From Flavobacteriales bacterium (GTDB lineage: Bacteria > Bacteroidota > Bacteroidia > NS11-12g > UBA955): a stretch of 64,000 nt of DNA. The stretch's first letter is position 1. Each line of letters opens with the position of its first letter. A program made the position numbers and the translations under genes. The DNA lies in contig CANFLS010000012.1 of NCBI GenBank assembly GCA_947447955.1, positions 2,946-66,945 of the forward strand, in the 5' to 3' direction. Below are positions 21,340 through 31,107 of the stretch, piece by piece. The notes under the pieces were generated by a model. That model was not told the DNA's origin and searched no databases. It saw nothing but the letters and a program-made list of their open reading frames with translations.

Positions 21340-22179
21340 ATGTTTCGTAAACTCATACTTTTTTGTTCAATTTGTTATCTTTTTGCCAGTTGCGAGCAAT
21401 CTGACCCCAATTCTATTAAGAGAAATCATGTAATTAAAGATTCAGGTGATTTTGTTTTTTCCGGATATGGATGGAGAATCAAATCAAGCACCTTCCCTGT
21501 TGGTCCTGGTCCAAATATTTTTGCAAAAGACAAATCCAATGTATGGGTTGACAGCAACGGCTATTTGCATTTGAAAATCACCAACAACAATGGAAAATGG
21601 CAATCTAGTGAAATTATTTGTACCGAAAATACCGGTTTTGGAACCTATATTTTCACATTGGGCAATGACATCACCAAAATGAATGAAAATATTGTGTTGG
21701 GATTATTTACTTGGGATGACAATACGTTTTCATCTCAGGCAAACAGCGAAGTAGACATTGAATTTGCGCGTTGGTTTAAAGCAAATGATTCTTTGCTATT
21801 AACAACTTCGGTACAACCTGTTTCGTTTGATAATTCAGTGCCATTTGCGGAAAGAACGCATAAGCCAGCCATGATTGTGAGCAAAATGAAACAAGCCACA
21901 ACCCATGCGTTTAAATGGACAGATAAAGAAATTGTTTGGAACAGTTATGTAGGCAAATCATACCCAGGACTTGAACAAATTGCAAACTGGCGTTACGATT
22001 TAAGCAACCAACCTAGGGTAAAAACAGAAGGTGGACGTTCTTCAAATGCAATTGTAATACCCCAACCAGGAAATACAACCAATACAAGAATGAACTTATG
22101 GTTATTGAATGGCTTGGCACCTACAAACGGAAAAACGTTTGAGGTGATTATTGAAAAATACGACTTTATTCCGGCTTAA
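21340..22179 (+). CDS. GH16-like lipoprotein
   Basis: Lipobox FASC; GYLHLKI, GFGTY and catalytic-type EVDIEF motif. Confidence 0.7.
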   Translation: MFRKLILFCSICYLFASCEQSDPNSIKRNHVIKDSGDFVFSGYGWRIKSSTFPVGPGPNIFAKDKSNVWVDSNGYLHLKITNNNGKWQSSEIICTENTGFGTYIFTLGNDITKMNENIVLGLFTWDDNTFSSQANSEVDIEFARWFKANDSLLLTTSVQPVSFDNSVPFAERTHKPAMIVSKMKQATTHAFKWTDKEIVWNSYVGKSYPGLEQIANWRYDLSNQPRVKTEGGRSSNAIVIPQPGNTTNTRMNLWLLNGLAPTNGKTFEVIIEKYDFIPA

Positions 22180-22180
22180 G

Positions 22181-22975
22181 TTAAAATCTGTAAGTGAAAT
22201 AGATAACAGTTGCAGGAGTTAATTGCGTTGTTACCATAGTGGTCATTGGCTCAGTAGTTTCATTTTTACTTGCTTCAAAATATTTATTCATTCCCACATT
22301 GTATTCAACTTGACGGTCAATTCTGTTAACGGTTGTTTTCATTGAAGTAATTTGAATAGCCGATTCAACACCCGCATAAAACGATTTATATACTTTCAAT
22401 TGCGCGCCAATTCCCAAACCGAAGGAATTAATTTTGCTGCTTGAGGAATATTCATTCTTGTAAAAACTCAAGATGGTTCTTCCTTTGCCAGTTCCAAAAG
22501 TACTCGTGGCATTTGCACTTGATTGTATGTACCCACTTTGTCCGAAAGACAAATCGGCAAATGAATACATAGTTAGGCCTTTCTGATTTACAAAGCGAAA
22601 CTGAAATCCCAAAGATAAATTCACATTCGAACTTGAATATTTCAAAACGTTAAATTCATCGGGAATGGCAACAGCCAAATCACCATTGTTAAACGCATTT
22701 CTATTTTGGTCGTTAATAGTTCCATCTATTTTGGCACGAACTGCATATTTTCCAGACTTAAAATAACGGCGATACATTACAGAGTTACCTCCACCCCATG
22801 AATTTTGAAAAAACATTGGAAATAAATTCTGAATGCAAATTTCATTGCTCAAATTGGTTTGATCCCAAGGCAAAATATCAATTGTTTTTGTAACGGAATC
22901 ACTTTGGGCATGCAAAACAGACAAAACACCACACATTCCAATTAGGAACAAAGATTTCATTTTCATAGTTCTCAT
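22181..22975 (-). CDS. hypothetical outer-membrane beta-barrel protein (paralog of next gene)
   Basis: Signal peptide, C-terminal IYFTYRF; shares YRRYF and RNAFNN-DLAV-IP-E motifs with 23059..23850. Start uncertain. Confidence 0.65.
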   Translation of the reverse strand: MRTMKMKSLFLIGMCGVLSVLHAQSDSVTKTIDILPWDQTNLSNEICIQNLFPMFFQNSWGGGNSVMYRRYFKSGKYAVRAKIDGTINDQNRNAFNNGDLAVAIPDEFNVLKYSSSNVNLSLGFQFRFVNQKGLTMYSFADLSFGQSGYIQSSANATSTFGTGKGRTILSFYKNEYSSSSKINSFGLGIGAQLKVYKSFYAGVESAIQITSMKTTVNRIDRQVEYNVGMNKYFEASKNETTEPMTTMVTTQLTPATVIYFTYRF

Positions 22976-23058
22976 AAACTTTTGCAAGTTACAAAATATA
23001 AGGAACACAAAATATCCCTCAATATTTAAAAACTCCAACTAAATGACATCAACTCTGG

Positions 23059-23850
23059 TTAAAACTTGTAAGTAAAATAAATTGCCGACGAGGGAGTAAA
23101 ATACAAATTTGTTGCCGTTGTAGATGGATCGCTGGTTACATTTACGGAAGTAGGAAAATATGAATTTGAACTGATCGTGTATTCAATATTTTTAACCGTG
23201 GTTGCATTTGATGTTACTTTAGCTTGATTCACTTGTACAATGACTGATTCAAATGCAATAAAAAAGTTTTTATAACATTTCATTTGTGCACCAATACCGG
23301 TATTTAACATCATTGTTTGATTAGAACTATGAACATCTGTGAGGTTAAAGCTGAGTATGGTTCTTCCTTTACCCACTCCAGTGGAATTCTGAACCCACAT
23401 CGACGTAGAATTGTAATTCCCAAAACCCAAAGTAAAATCAGCCAAGGCATACATTTGAAAATCCCGTTGATAAACCAAAAAAAGATGCTGAAAGCCAAGT
23501 GTATAATTAAAATTGGAATTCCCGTTGTCAAACCGATTGTATTCTTCCGGTATTGGAACGGCCAAATCATTGTTATTAAATGCATTTCTTTTTTGTTCAG
23601 TGTAATTTCCCGATATTTTAAACCGAATTCCCGATTTCCCGCCATTAAAGTAACGTCGATAAATCAAGGCGTTGGTACCTCCGCCATTGGTAAAAAAAGA
23701 GGGAAAGAAATTCTGAACACACATCTCATTTTTCCAATATGTAACAAAACATCCCACACCATATATTTTATTCTTTATTGAGTCCTTTTGACCAAATAAC
23801 AACGAACTTGTGCATAACGCCACCGTAAAAATGAATACTTTGATTTTCAT
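23059..23850 (-). CDS. hypothetical outer-membrane beta-barrel protein
   Basis: Signal peptide, C-terminal IYFTYKF; paralog of the previous gene. Confidence 0.65.
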   Translation of the reverse strand: MKIKVFIFTVALCTSSLLFGQKDSIKNKIYGVGCFVTYWKNEMCVQNFFPSFFTNGGGTNALIYRRYFNGGKSGIRFKISGNYTEQKRNAFNNNDLAVPIPEEYNRFDNGNSNFNYTLGFQHLFLVYQRDFQMYALADFTLGFGNYNSTSMWVQNSTGVGKGRTILSFNLTDVHSSNQTMMLNTGIGAQMKCYKNFFIAFESVIVQVNQAKVTSNATTVKNIEYTISSNSYFPTSVNVTSDPSTTATNLYFTPSSAIYFTYKF

Positions 23851-23959
23851 AAAGTTTATATAAACGCAATTTAACTAAAAATACAATACTTATCCCCAAA
23901 AATTTAACGTACCGTTAACTTTCAATTTGCTGTCTTAAATTTGAATTTTATAATTTACT

Positions 23960-25099
23960 GTGACCTTTCAAGATTTTATCAATAACCTCAGATTTGAACA
24001 AGTGGACATGATCCTCTGTGTTTTGGCAACTGTTTTATTTTCAGTGGGATGGTTTTACTTTTTCTATTACTTCAACCCCATCAAACTTACTCCAAGTGAA
24101 CCAATTACAGCATTCCCACCTGTGTCAATTATTATTTCTGCAAGAAATTCAGTACTAAAACTTGAAGACAATATCCAACACTGGCTAACACAAGATTATC
24201 CAAATTTTGAGGTTGTCATTATTGACGACCGCAGCAGCGATGAAACTGCTTATTTCCTAGTAAAAACTGCCGAAAAAGAACCCCTTTTAAAATATGTGCT
24301 CCTCGATCCAGATGTAATTAAAAATGGAAGCAAAAAACTTGCGCTTACTCTTGGTATCAAAAAAGCAAAAAACAATTACTTTCTACTCACCGATGCCGAC
24401 TGTATTCCAAGCTCCGACCAATGGTTAAAGCACATGGCAACTGGATTTACACACAAAAAAGACATCGTTTTGGGTGTTTCTCCAGTGAATACCAAAAAAT
24501 CATTTTTAGGCCGTTTAACCCAATATGAAAATCTTCTCACCGCCATGCAATATCTCGGAATGTCTATCAAGGGCAAAACTTATATGGGCGTTGGCCGAAA
24601 CTTGGCATATACCAGAGGTATTTACGACAGTGTAGGTGGATTTTCTAAACACCACCATTTGCCAGCCGGCGACGATGATTTGTTTGTACAAGAAGCATCA
24701 AATGCCAACAACACCATAGTTTGTATTCAACCTGAAAGCTATGTAAATACAGAAGGTCCTAAAAACTGGAAAGAATATTGGAAACAAAAAATGCGTCATT
24801 TGTGGATTGGCAAACAATACCGCAGCGACGTTAAAACCAGCCTCGCTTGGTTACCAATTTCTCAATTGCTGTTTTGGACAATCATCATTATTTGGTTTAT
24901 TACAGGAAGCAGTTGGTTGTGGCCAATCATTCCTATCATTGTGAAAATTGTTCCTGAATGGATCATTTTTGTTAAAAAAGGCAAATTGTTAAACATGCCT
25001 TTGGCTGGCCCTTATTACCTGTTCTATAATATTTTCTATAGCTTCTGGTACGTGGTTATTTCAATGAATGCATTCTTTAAACGCAAAATCGTATGGTAA
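23960..25099 (+). CDS. GT2 family glycosyltransferase, membrane-bound
   Basis: VSIIISARN, DDRSSD, TDADC, GDDDL and QKMRH (QxxRW-like) motifs with TM helices. Confidence 0.9.
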   Translation: MTFQDFINNLRFEQVDMILCVLATVLFSVGWFYFFYYFNPIKLTPSEPITAFPPVSIIISARNSVLKLEDNIQHWLTQDYPNFEVVIIDDRSSDETAYFLVKTAEKEPLLKYVLLDPDVIKNGSKKLALTLGIKKAKNNYFLLTDADCIPSSDQWLKHMATGFTHKKDIVLGVSPVNTKKSFLGRLTQYENLLTAMQYLGMSIKGKTYMGVGRNLAYTRGIYDSVGGFSKHHHLPAGDDDLFVQEASNANNTIVCIQPESYVNTEGPKNWKEYWKQKMRHLWIGKQYRSDVKTSLAWLPISQLLFWTIIIIWFITGSSWLWPIIPIIVKIVPEWIIFVKKGKLLNMPLAGPYYLFYNIFYSFWYVVISMNAFFKRKIVW

Positions 25100-25716
25100 C
25101 ATCAGCACTCATTGAACAGTATTTTCCGAACCTCACAGACCTGCAAAAAGAGCAGTTTGCTGCCCTTTACGACCTTTATACCTTCCATAACGAACGTGTA
25201 AATGTGATTTCACGCAAAGACATGGAGAACTTCTATATTCACCATGTGCTTCACTCTTTGGCGTTGGTTAAATTTTGTAATTTCGAGGGAATCAATACCG
25301 TGATCGATATTGGTACAGGTGGTGGATTTCCTGGAATTCCGCTAGGAATCATGTTCCCCGATATCAAATTTCACCTGGTAGATAGCATTGGTAAAAAAAT
25401 CAATGTGGTGAATGAAGTTGCCCAATCTATAGGATTGAAAAACGTATTGGGCGAACAATTGAGAACCGAACAATCCGAATATGCTTATGACTTGGCAGTT
25501 GCCCGAGCCGTAGCTCCTGCAGTTCAATTATTTGATTGGATGAAAGACAATTGGGAAGATAAACCCAAATTTTACCTACTCAAAGGCGGCGACTTAACTG
25601 AAGAACTCAACGAACTGTTGCAATTTTCTCCCCGTTTGAGAATCAAATCAAACAACATATCTAAAATATTTAAAGAAGATTTCTTCGAAACAAAAAAGGT
25701 GATTACCATAGAGTAA
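25093..25716 (+). CDS. rsmG: 16S rRNA m7G527 methyltransferase
   Basis: NVISRK, HVLHSL, DIGTGGGFPGIPL, ARAVA and LKGG motifs. Confidence 0.95.
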   Translation: MVTSALIEQYFPNLTDLQKEQFAALYDLYTFHNERVNVISRKDMENFYIHHVLHSLALVKFCNFEGINTVIDIGTGGGFPGIPLGIMFPDIKFHLVDSIGKKINVVNEVAQSIGLKNVLGEQLRTEQSEYAYDLAVARAVAPAVQLFDWMKDNWEDKPKFYLLKGGDLTEELNELLQFSPRLRIKSNNISKIFKEDFFETKKVITIE

Positions 25717-25730
25717 CCACCTTTTTTTTT
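25692..25730. terminator. bidirectional terminator between convergent rsmG and alaS
   Basis: AAAAAA-GGTGATTAC-cataga-GTAACCACC-TTTTTTTTT, one stem mismatch. Confidence 0.7.
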
Positions 25731-25745
25731 ATTTTGAGGGACAGT

Positions 25746-28373
25746 TTACAGTCCCAATATTTCTTTTGCTTTTGCAATGGCATTGTCTAAGCCCGCTGCA
25801 TCTTTACCTCCCGCTGTAGCGAAGAACTTTTGTCCTCCCCCTCCCCCTTGGATAAATTTACCGCATTCTCTAACCATAGCTGATGCGTCCCAACCTTTTT
25901 CAGCCACCAAATTCTCTTCAATGTAAATGGCCAAGCCCGGTTTTTCATCTGCGGTATATCCTAAAATACATACCAGGTTAGGCAACTCTTGTTTCAATTG
26001 AAAACAAAGCTGTTTTGCGGCTTCTGCCGAAGGCAATTGCAAATTTGCCTGCACTATATTCAAACCGTTGCTTTGTTGCACAGACGACATTAATTCAGCC
26101 TTAATTTGTGCTATTTGAATGTTTTCAAACGATTCAATTTTCTTACTCAACTGATTGTTATCGGCAAATAACTTTTGAATTGCTTGTAAAATATCTTTGG
26201 GATTATTTAAGCACTCAGAAATTTCAGTCAACAATTGCAATTTTTCAGCAATGTAATTCATCGCTTTTTCATTGGTAATGGCTTCAATTCTTCTAACCCC
26301 AGCGCTCACACTTCCCTCAGAAATAAGTTTAAAGAACCCAATTTGTGAAGTATTGGCAACATGTGTTCCACCACAAAGTTCCATTGAATAAGCCCTATCA
26401 AATTCTATTACCCTAACAAAATCACCATATTTTTCACCGAAAAGCGCAGTAGCGCCCATGTCAATGGCATTTTGAATTGGAATATTTCTGTGTTCTAACA
26501 ATGCAATGCCCTCTTGGATTTTGGCATTTACCATGGTTTCAACTTGGGTAATTTCCTCATCGGTCATTTTGCCAAAATGAGAAAAGTCAAAACGCAAACT
26601 TTCATCGTTCACTAAACTTCCCTTTTGTGCAACGTGTGTTCCCAAAACCCTTTGCAAAGCACTGTGCATCAAATGTGTGGCACTGTGATTGGCAGATATT
26701 TTCAATCGGCGGTGTTCGTTCACTTTTGCAGTAAATGATTGTGAAGGATTTTTAATTGCTTGATTTGAAATCAATATATGCAATTTGTTTTCCTTGGTTG
26801 TATCTACAATTTGAATGGTTTCGCCATCTTCGCCAACCAAAATACCTGTATCACCAACCTGTCCACCACTTTCTGCATAAAACGGACAAACATCCAACAC
26901 AATTTGGGTGATGTTCTTCCCTTTTACCGTAACTGATCTATGTCTAGAAATAAGTGTGTTGCACTCGGTTTTGTCGTATCCAACAAAACTCTCCTCCAAA
27001 GATTCATAAACCACTTGCCAGTCGCCAGTTTCTTTTTGTGCATCGGCTTTACTTCTTTGCTTTTGCTCGTTAAGCAATTTCTCAAAGCCTGCAATATCAA
27101 TATCAATTGACTTTTCACGGGCAATAACCTCGGTCAAATCAATTGGAAAACCATACGTATCATAAAGTTCAAATGCCATTTCACCAGAAATTCCTTTGTT
27201 CGGATTTTCATTAAAATAAGCGGTTAATTTACCCATACCCAAACTCAATGTTCTAAAGAAAGAAATTTCCTCTTCTTTAACAACACGTTGAATGAATGCC
27301 AATTGACTGTTTAATTCTGTAAACGAATTTGCAAAATAAGCTGCCAAATCTGCCAACAATTCATGCATGAACGGCTCATTGAAACCCAAATAGCTATACC
27401 CATAACGAACAGCCCTACGCAAAATTCTACGAACCACATAACCAGCTCCGTTGTTGGCTGGCAATTGTCCATCGGCAATACACATACTCACCGCACGGAT
27501 ATGGTCGGCAATTACCCTAAAGGCAATGTCTTGAGCTTCGTTATCGCCGTAATTTTTGCCACATAAACTGGCAGTTTTTTGAATGATAAATTGGAAAATA
27601 TCTGTATCGTAATTCGACGATTTACCTTGAATTACCCTAACCAAACGCTCAAATCCCATTCCGGTATCAACATGCTGAGCAGGAAGTTTTTCCAAAGAGC
27701 CGTCGGCCTTTCTGTTAAACTCCATGAACACGTTATTCCAAATTTCAATCACTTCAGGATTGTCTTTATTTACCAATGTGGCGCCATCCACTTTTGCGCG
27801 GTCTTCATCAGAACGCATATCAAAATGGATTTCGGTGCAGGGTCCACAAGGACCGGTATCGCCCATTTCCCAAAAATTGTCTTTTTTATTTCCGTTGATT
27901 ATTTTTGATTTATCAATGCGGGCAGCCCAAATATCGTAAGCTTCTTGATCGAAGTGGATATTAGCGGCTTCGTCTCCCTCAAAAACAGATACATACAAAC
28001 GGTCTTTGTCTAGTCCATACACTTCGGTGAGAAGTTCCCACGCCCAAGCAATGGCATCGGCTTTAAAATAATCGCCAAAGCTCCAGTTACCGAGCATTTC
28101 GAACATAGTATGGTGGTAATGGTCGTGCCCTACCTCATCCAAATCGTTATGTTTTCCGCTTACTCTCAAACATTTTTGGCTATTGGCAACACGTTTTTGC
28201 GTGGCCACGGCGTTTCCTAAGAAATAATCTTTAAATTGATTCATACCGGCGTTGGTAAACATCAACGTAGGATCTCCTTTCACCACAATGGGTGCAGAAG
28301 GAACAATGCGGTGATTTTTGCTTTCGAAAAACGCTAAAAACTTTGCCTTAATTTCTTGAGATGTAAGTGACAT
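25746..28373 (-). CDS. alaS: alanine--tRNA ligase
   Basis: FTNAGMNQFK, HHTMFEMLGNWSFGDYFK, DTGMGFERL, HSATHL, ELCGGTH and GGGGG motifs. Confidence 0.98.
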   Translation of the reverse strand: MSLTSQEIKAKFLAFFESKNHRIVPSAPIVVKGDPTLMFTNAGMNQFKDYFLGNAVATQKRVANSQKCLRVSGKHNDLDEVGHDHYHHTMFEMLGNWSFGDYFKADAIAWAWELLTEVYGLDKDRLYVSVFEGDEAANIHFDQEAYDIWAARIDKSKIINGNKKDNFWEMGDTGPCGPCTEIHFDMRSDEDRAKVDGATLVNKDNPEVIEIWNNVFMEFNRKADGSLEKLPAQHVDTGMGFERLVRVIQGKSSNYDTDIFQFIIQKTASLCGKNYGDNEAQDIAFRVIADHIRAVSMCIADGQLPANNGAGYVVRRILRRAVRYGYSYLGFNEPFMHELLADLAAYFANSFTELNSQLAFIQRVVKEEEISFFRTLSLGMGKLTAYFNENPNKGISGEMAFELYDTYGFPIDLTEVIAREKSIDIDIAGFEKLLNEQKQRSKADAQKETGDWQVVYESLEESFVGYDKTECNTLISRHRSVTVKGKNITQIVLDVCPFYAESGGQVGDTGILVGEDGETIQIVDTTKENKLHILISNQAIKNPSQSFTAKVNEHRRLKISANHSATHLMHSALQRVLGTHVAQKGSLVNDESLRFDFSHFGKMTDEEITQVETMVNAKIQEGIALLEHRNIPIQNAIDMGATALFGEKYGDFVRVIEFDRAYSMELCGGTHVANTSQIGFFKLISEGSVSAGVRRIEAITNEKAMNYIAEKLQLLTEISECLNNPKDILQAIQKLFADNNQLSKKIESFENIQIAQIKAELMSSVQQSNGLNIVQANLQLPSAEAAKQLCFQLKQELPNLVCILGYTADEKPGLAIYIEENLVAEKGWDASAMVRECGKFIQGGGGGQKFFATAGGKDAAGLDNAIAKAKEILGL

Positions 28374-28383
28374 AATTAGAGTG

Positions 28384-28391
28384 CAAAGATA
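28384..28391 (-). promoter_or_regulatory. alaS -7 promoter box
   Basis: TATCTTTG on the minus strand 10 nt upstream of the alaS ATG. Confidence 0.6.
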
Positions 28392-28402
28392 AACAAAAAA
28401 GG

Positions 28403-28578
28403 TTAGACGGATTAGACAGATTAGACAGATTAGACGGATTAGACAGATTTTTGGGTTTTTGAAAATTAAACAGGCGCAGCCGTAAACAGCGAAGCGTCAA
28501 CAGCATAGCGTAAACTACCGAAGGTGTAAACCGCGAAGCGTAAACTTGCGAAGCAATCTAAACGCACGAAGTGCCTCA
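28403..28578 (+). repeat. composite repeat element 1: 5 x TTAGACRGA plus mini-hairpin array
   Basis: 9-mers at 28403-28447; units gtaaac-agcGAAgc, gtaaac-taccGAAggt, gtaaac-ttgcGAAgcaa and ctaaac-gcacGAAgtgc within 28466-28578. Confidence 0.9.
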
Positions 28579-28582
28579 TTAG

Positions 28583-28678
28583 TTTGTTTTTTTATCATTT
28601 TAAGAGTTTGATTGGTTTGTATTTTTATCATTTTAAATGTTTTATTGGTTTGTATTTTTATCATTTTCATTATATTTG
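28583..28678 (+). promoter_or_regulatory. 33-bp direct repeats (about 2.6 copies) followed by a TATATTTG promoter box
   Basis: tttgtWtttttatcatttt at 28583, 28616 and 28649; TATATTTG at 28671-28678, upstream of the ATPase. Confidence 0.7.
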
Positions 28679-28699
28679 TATCATAATTAAATACTTACA

Positions 28700-30040
28700 A
28701 TGTACATTCAAAGAACAATTGATACAGATCTTATACTTTGGAAAAATGCAGAACAGCGTAAACCTCTTTTAATTAGAGGAGCAAGACAAGTTGGCAAATC
28801 AACTGCTGTAAGAAATTTAGCAAAGGATTTTAAGTCCTTCATAGAAATCAATTTTGACGAAGAACCGCTTTTAAGAAACCTTTTTGAGAATATTAAATCG
28901 ATTGAAGAATTATTAGAACAACTCGCAATCATCTATCAAACTCCTATAATTGAGGGAGAAACACTAATTTTTCTTGATGAAATTCAAGCCTGCCTAACAG
29001 CAATTTCATTATTGAGATATTTTTATGAAAAAAAACCATATATCCATATCATTGCCGCTGGGTCACTTTTGGAATTTGCATTAACCGAATTGCCGTCTTT
29101 TGGCGTAGGTAGAATTCGATCTATCTTTATGTATCCATTGTCTTTCAATGAGTTTCTCATAGCAATGAACGAATCTCAATTGCTAAAATTATTAGAAAAA
29201 TCAGATAGCCAAAACCCCGTAAGTCCCATACTACATGAAAAATTGAAGCTCTATTTAAAGAAATTTTTTATTATTGGAGGGATGCCAGAAGCTGTGAACG
29301 CCTATGTGCAAAGGAAAGATTTAATTGAAGTTCAAAGAATTTTAGACGATTTAGTTATTTCAATTCAAGCAGACTTTAGTAAATACAATAAAAGAATCTC
29401 TGTTCATCGAATCCAATCAGTTTTTGAGAATCTGATTCAACAAGTTGGTTCCAAATTCAAATATTCAAGTCACTACAGCGAATTAAATGGAATACAAGTG
29501 AAACAGGTGGTTGATTTATTGGAATTGGCGGGATTGGTACATTCTGTTACTCACTCCTCTTGTAACGGAATTCCATTGGGTGCAGAATCAAATATGAAAA
29601 AACGCAAATTTCTCATTTTCGATACTGGAATTTTCCAAAGAATCTTAGGGTTAGATGTTTCATCTCTCCTATTAAATAATGAATACCAAGTTATTAATAA
29701 GGGAAACATTGCAGAGTTATTCATTGGGCTCGAATTAATAAAAACAAATTCGCCATATGAAAAATCGCCTTTATATTATTGGCATAGAGAGTCAAAAAGT
29801 AGTCAAGCTGAAGTTGATTATGTAATACAAAAGGGCGAACAAATCATTCCCATTGAAGTAAAGTCAGGAACAAAGGGAACAATGCAAAGTTTACATATTT
29901 TCATGGCAGAAAAATCTATAAATGTAGGTGTAAGATGTTCATTAGAGAATTTCGGCACAATTAACAATATAAAAATTCTGCCTTTGTATGCGATTAGTCA
30001 ATTAAGAATGGATTATCCCGAAAGCTTTCGGGAGGATTAG
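28700..30040 (+). CDS. AAA+ ATPase with DUF4143 domain (AAA_14 type) and C-terminal PD-(D/E)xK-like motif
   Basis: GARQVGKS Walker A, IFLDEIQ Walker B, GGMPEA, DTG and EVDYV...PIEVKSG. Confidence 0.9.
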   Translation: MYIQRTIDTDLILWKNAEQRKPLLIRGARQVGKSTAVRNLAKDFKSFIEINFDEEPLLRNLFENIKSIEELLEQLAIIYQTPIIEGETLIFLDEIQACLTAISLLRYFYEKKPYIHIIAAGSLLEFALTELPSFGVGRIRSIFMYPLSFNEFLIAMNESQLLKLLEKSDSQNPVSPILHEKLKLYLKKFFIIGGMPEAVNAYVQRKDLIEVQRILDDLVISIQADFSKYNKRISVHRIQSVFENLIQQVGSKFKYSSHYSELNGIQVKQVVDLLELAGLVHSVTHSSCNGIPLGAESNMKKRKFLIFDTGIFQRILGLDVSSLLLNNEYQVINKGNIAELFIGLELIKTNSPYEKSPLYYWHRESKSSQAEVDYVIQKGEQIIPIEVKSGTKGTMQSLHIFMAEKSINVGVRCSLENFGTINNIKILPLYAISQLRMDYPESFRED

Positions 30041-30185
30041 ACGGATTAGACGGGTTAGACAGATTGGGTTTAGATGCGTAAACGCGTTTAGATGGCTTCG
30101 CCGTTTAGAAGACCTAAAGGTAGTTTAGACGGATTAGACGGATTATCCCGATAGCTATCGGGAGGGTTAGACAGATTGGGTTTAG
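30009..30185 (+). repeat. composite repeat element 2: 9-mers, two 18-bp palindromes, GTTTAG/mini-hairpin array
   Basis: TCCCGAAAGCTTTCGGGA at 30016-30033 and TCCCGATAGCTATCGGGA at 30146-30163; GTTTAG units at 30068-30128. Confidence 0.9.
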
Positions 30186-30700
30186 TTTTTGAAAAAATAC
30201 TCTTTTGTTTCCCAAAATTTGACAGTATTGTAATTCAGTTTGTGGCCCAATTTATTTTGATTGATTGGCTTACACTTTTTCAAAACAAATTTGAGACATT
30301 CATTTTCAAATTCTGAGTACATCCAACCGATTATTATCGTTTGTTTTTTTTTGTTATAATATCCCGTAGGAAGAATGAACGCAGAATCTAATTTACATTT
30401 TTTAGTAATCAACCCAATATCATAAATTGTATCGTTATCGGAATATCCTTTTATTATGGTTAAAACTAAACTATCTTTCTCAAGATAGCTTCCTGTTGAG
30501 CACAATGAACGAAAGTGAACGGATGACTTAATCACTTTTGAATCTATTATTTTGTTCACTATATCACCTTTTAAATCTTGGGGTTCCGATAATTTATCTT
30601 CCCAATTTTGAGCAAAAGAATTTACTGGGAAAAAAAGCACCAGGAAAATGATGGATATTAACTTTGACATAGTATTTAATTGGGGAACATTTTCTGTCAT
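30182..30700 (-). CDS. hypothetical exported protein (candidate orphan immunity protein)
   Basis: Signal peptide from second Met (MSKLISII...SFAQ); TAGATTTG box at 30706-30713. Confidence 0.6.
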   Translation of the reverse strand: MTENVPQLNTMSKLISIIFLVLFFPVNSFAQNWEDKLSEPQDLKGDIVNKIIDSKVIKSSVHFRSLCSTGSYLEKDSLVLTIIKGYSDNDTIYDIGLITKKCKLDSAFILPTGYYNKKKQTIIIGWMYSEFENECLKFVLKKCKPINQNKLGHKLNYNTVKFWETKEYFFKN

Positions 30701-30783
30701 CGTTACAAATCTAATTCAACAATGCATTGTTAACGTTGACCCATTCTGCTAAAGCAGTTTACTAATTGTTTTTTCTCGCGGGG

Positions 30784-30978
30784 TTAAGACCCCATACCAT
30801 CTCTAAAAATGATTGCCAAACTACTAAAATAAAGCAATAGGGAAAGTAGAAATGCTAACACTAACCCTATTATTATTCTTTCGGCTTTCTTATAACTGCT
30901 ATACTTGAATACCAAAGGAACAATTAACAACGGTGTTGTGAACATCACGAACCATAATATTTGACCAAGTATATGCAT
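30784..30978 (-). CDS. small two-TM protein (candidate immunity protein)
   Basis: 64 aa with two hydrophobic helices; starts 3 nt after a toxin-tail remnant. Confidence 0.55.
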   Translation of the reverse strand: MHILGQILWFVMFTTPLLIVPLVFKYSSYKKAERIIIGLVLAFLLSLLLYFSSLAIIFRDGMGS

Positions 30979-30981
30979 AAT

Positions 30982-31107
30982 TTACCACCAATCACCATCT
31001 AAACTATTTCTATTCTTATTGTAGAATTGGAACCCTTTTTAAATTCACTCATAAACTATTAGATTATCACCATAAGGCGCCCCCATTTCTTGATATGTAA
31101 GTGACAT
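30982..31107 (-). pseudogene. chimeric remnant: alaS N-terminus fused to an Ntox44-like toxin C-terminal tail
   Basis: Single frame reads MSLTYQE-MGAPYGDNLIVYE*I*KGFQFYNKNRNSLDGDWW*. Confidence 0.5.

Noticed and set aside
28584..28772. 62-aa ORF with repeated FYHF motif
   Set aside because: Translation of the 33-bp regulatory repeats; it overlaps the ATPase start.
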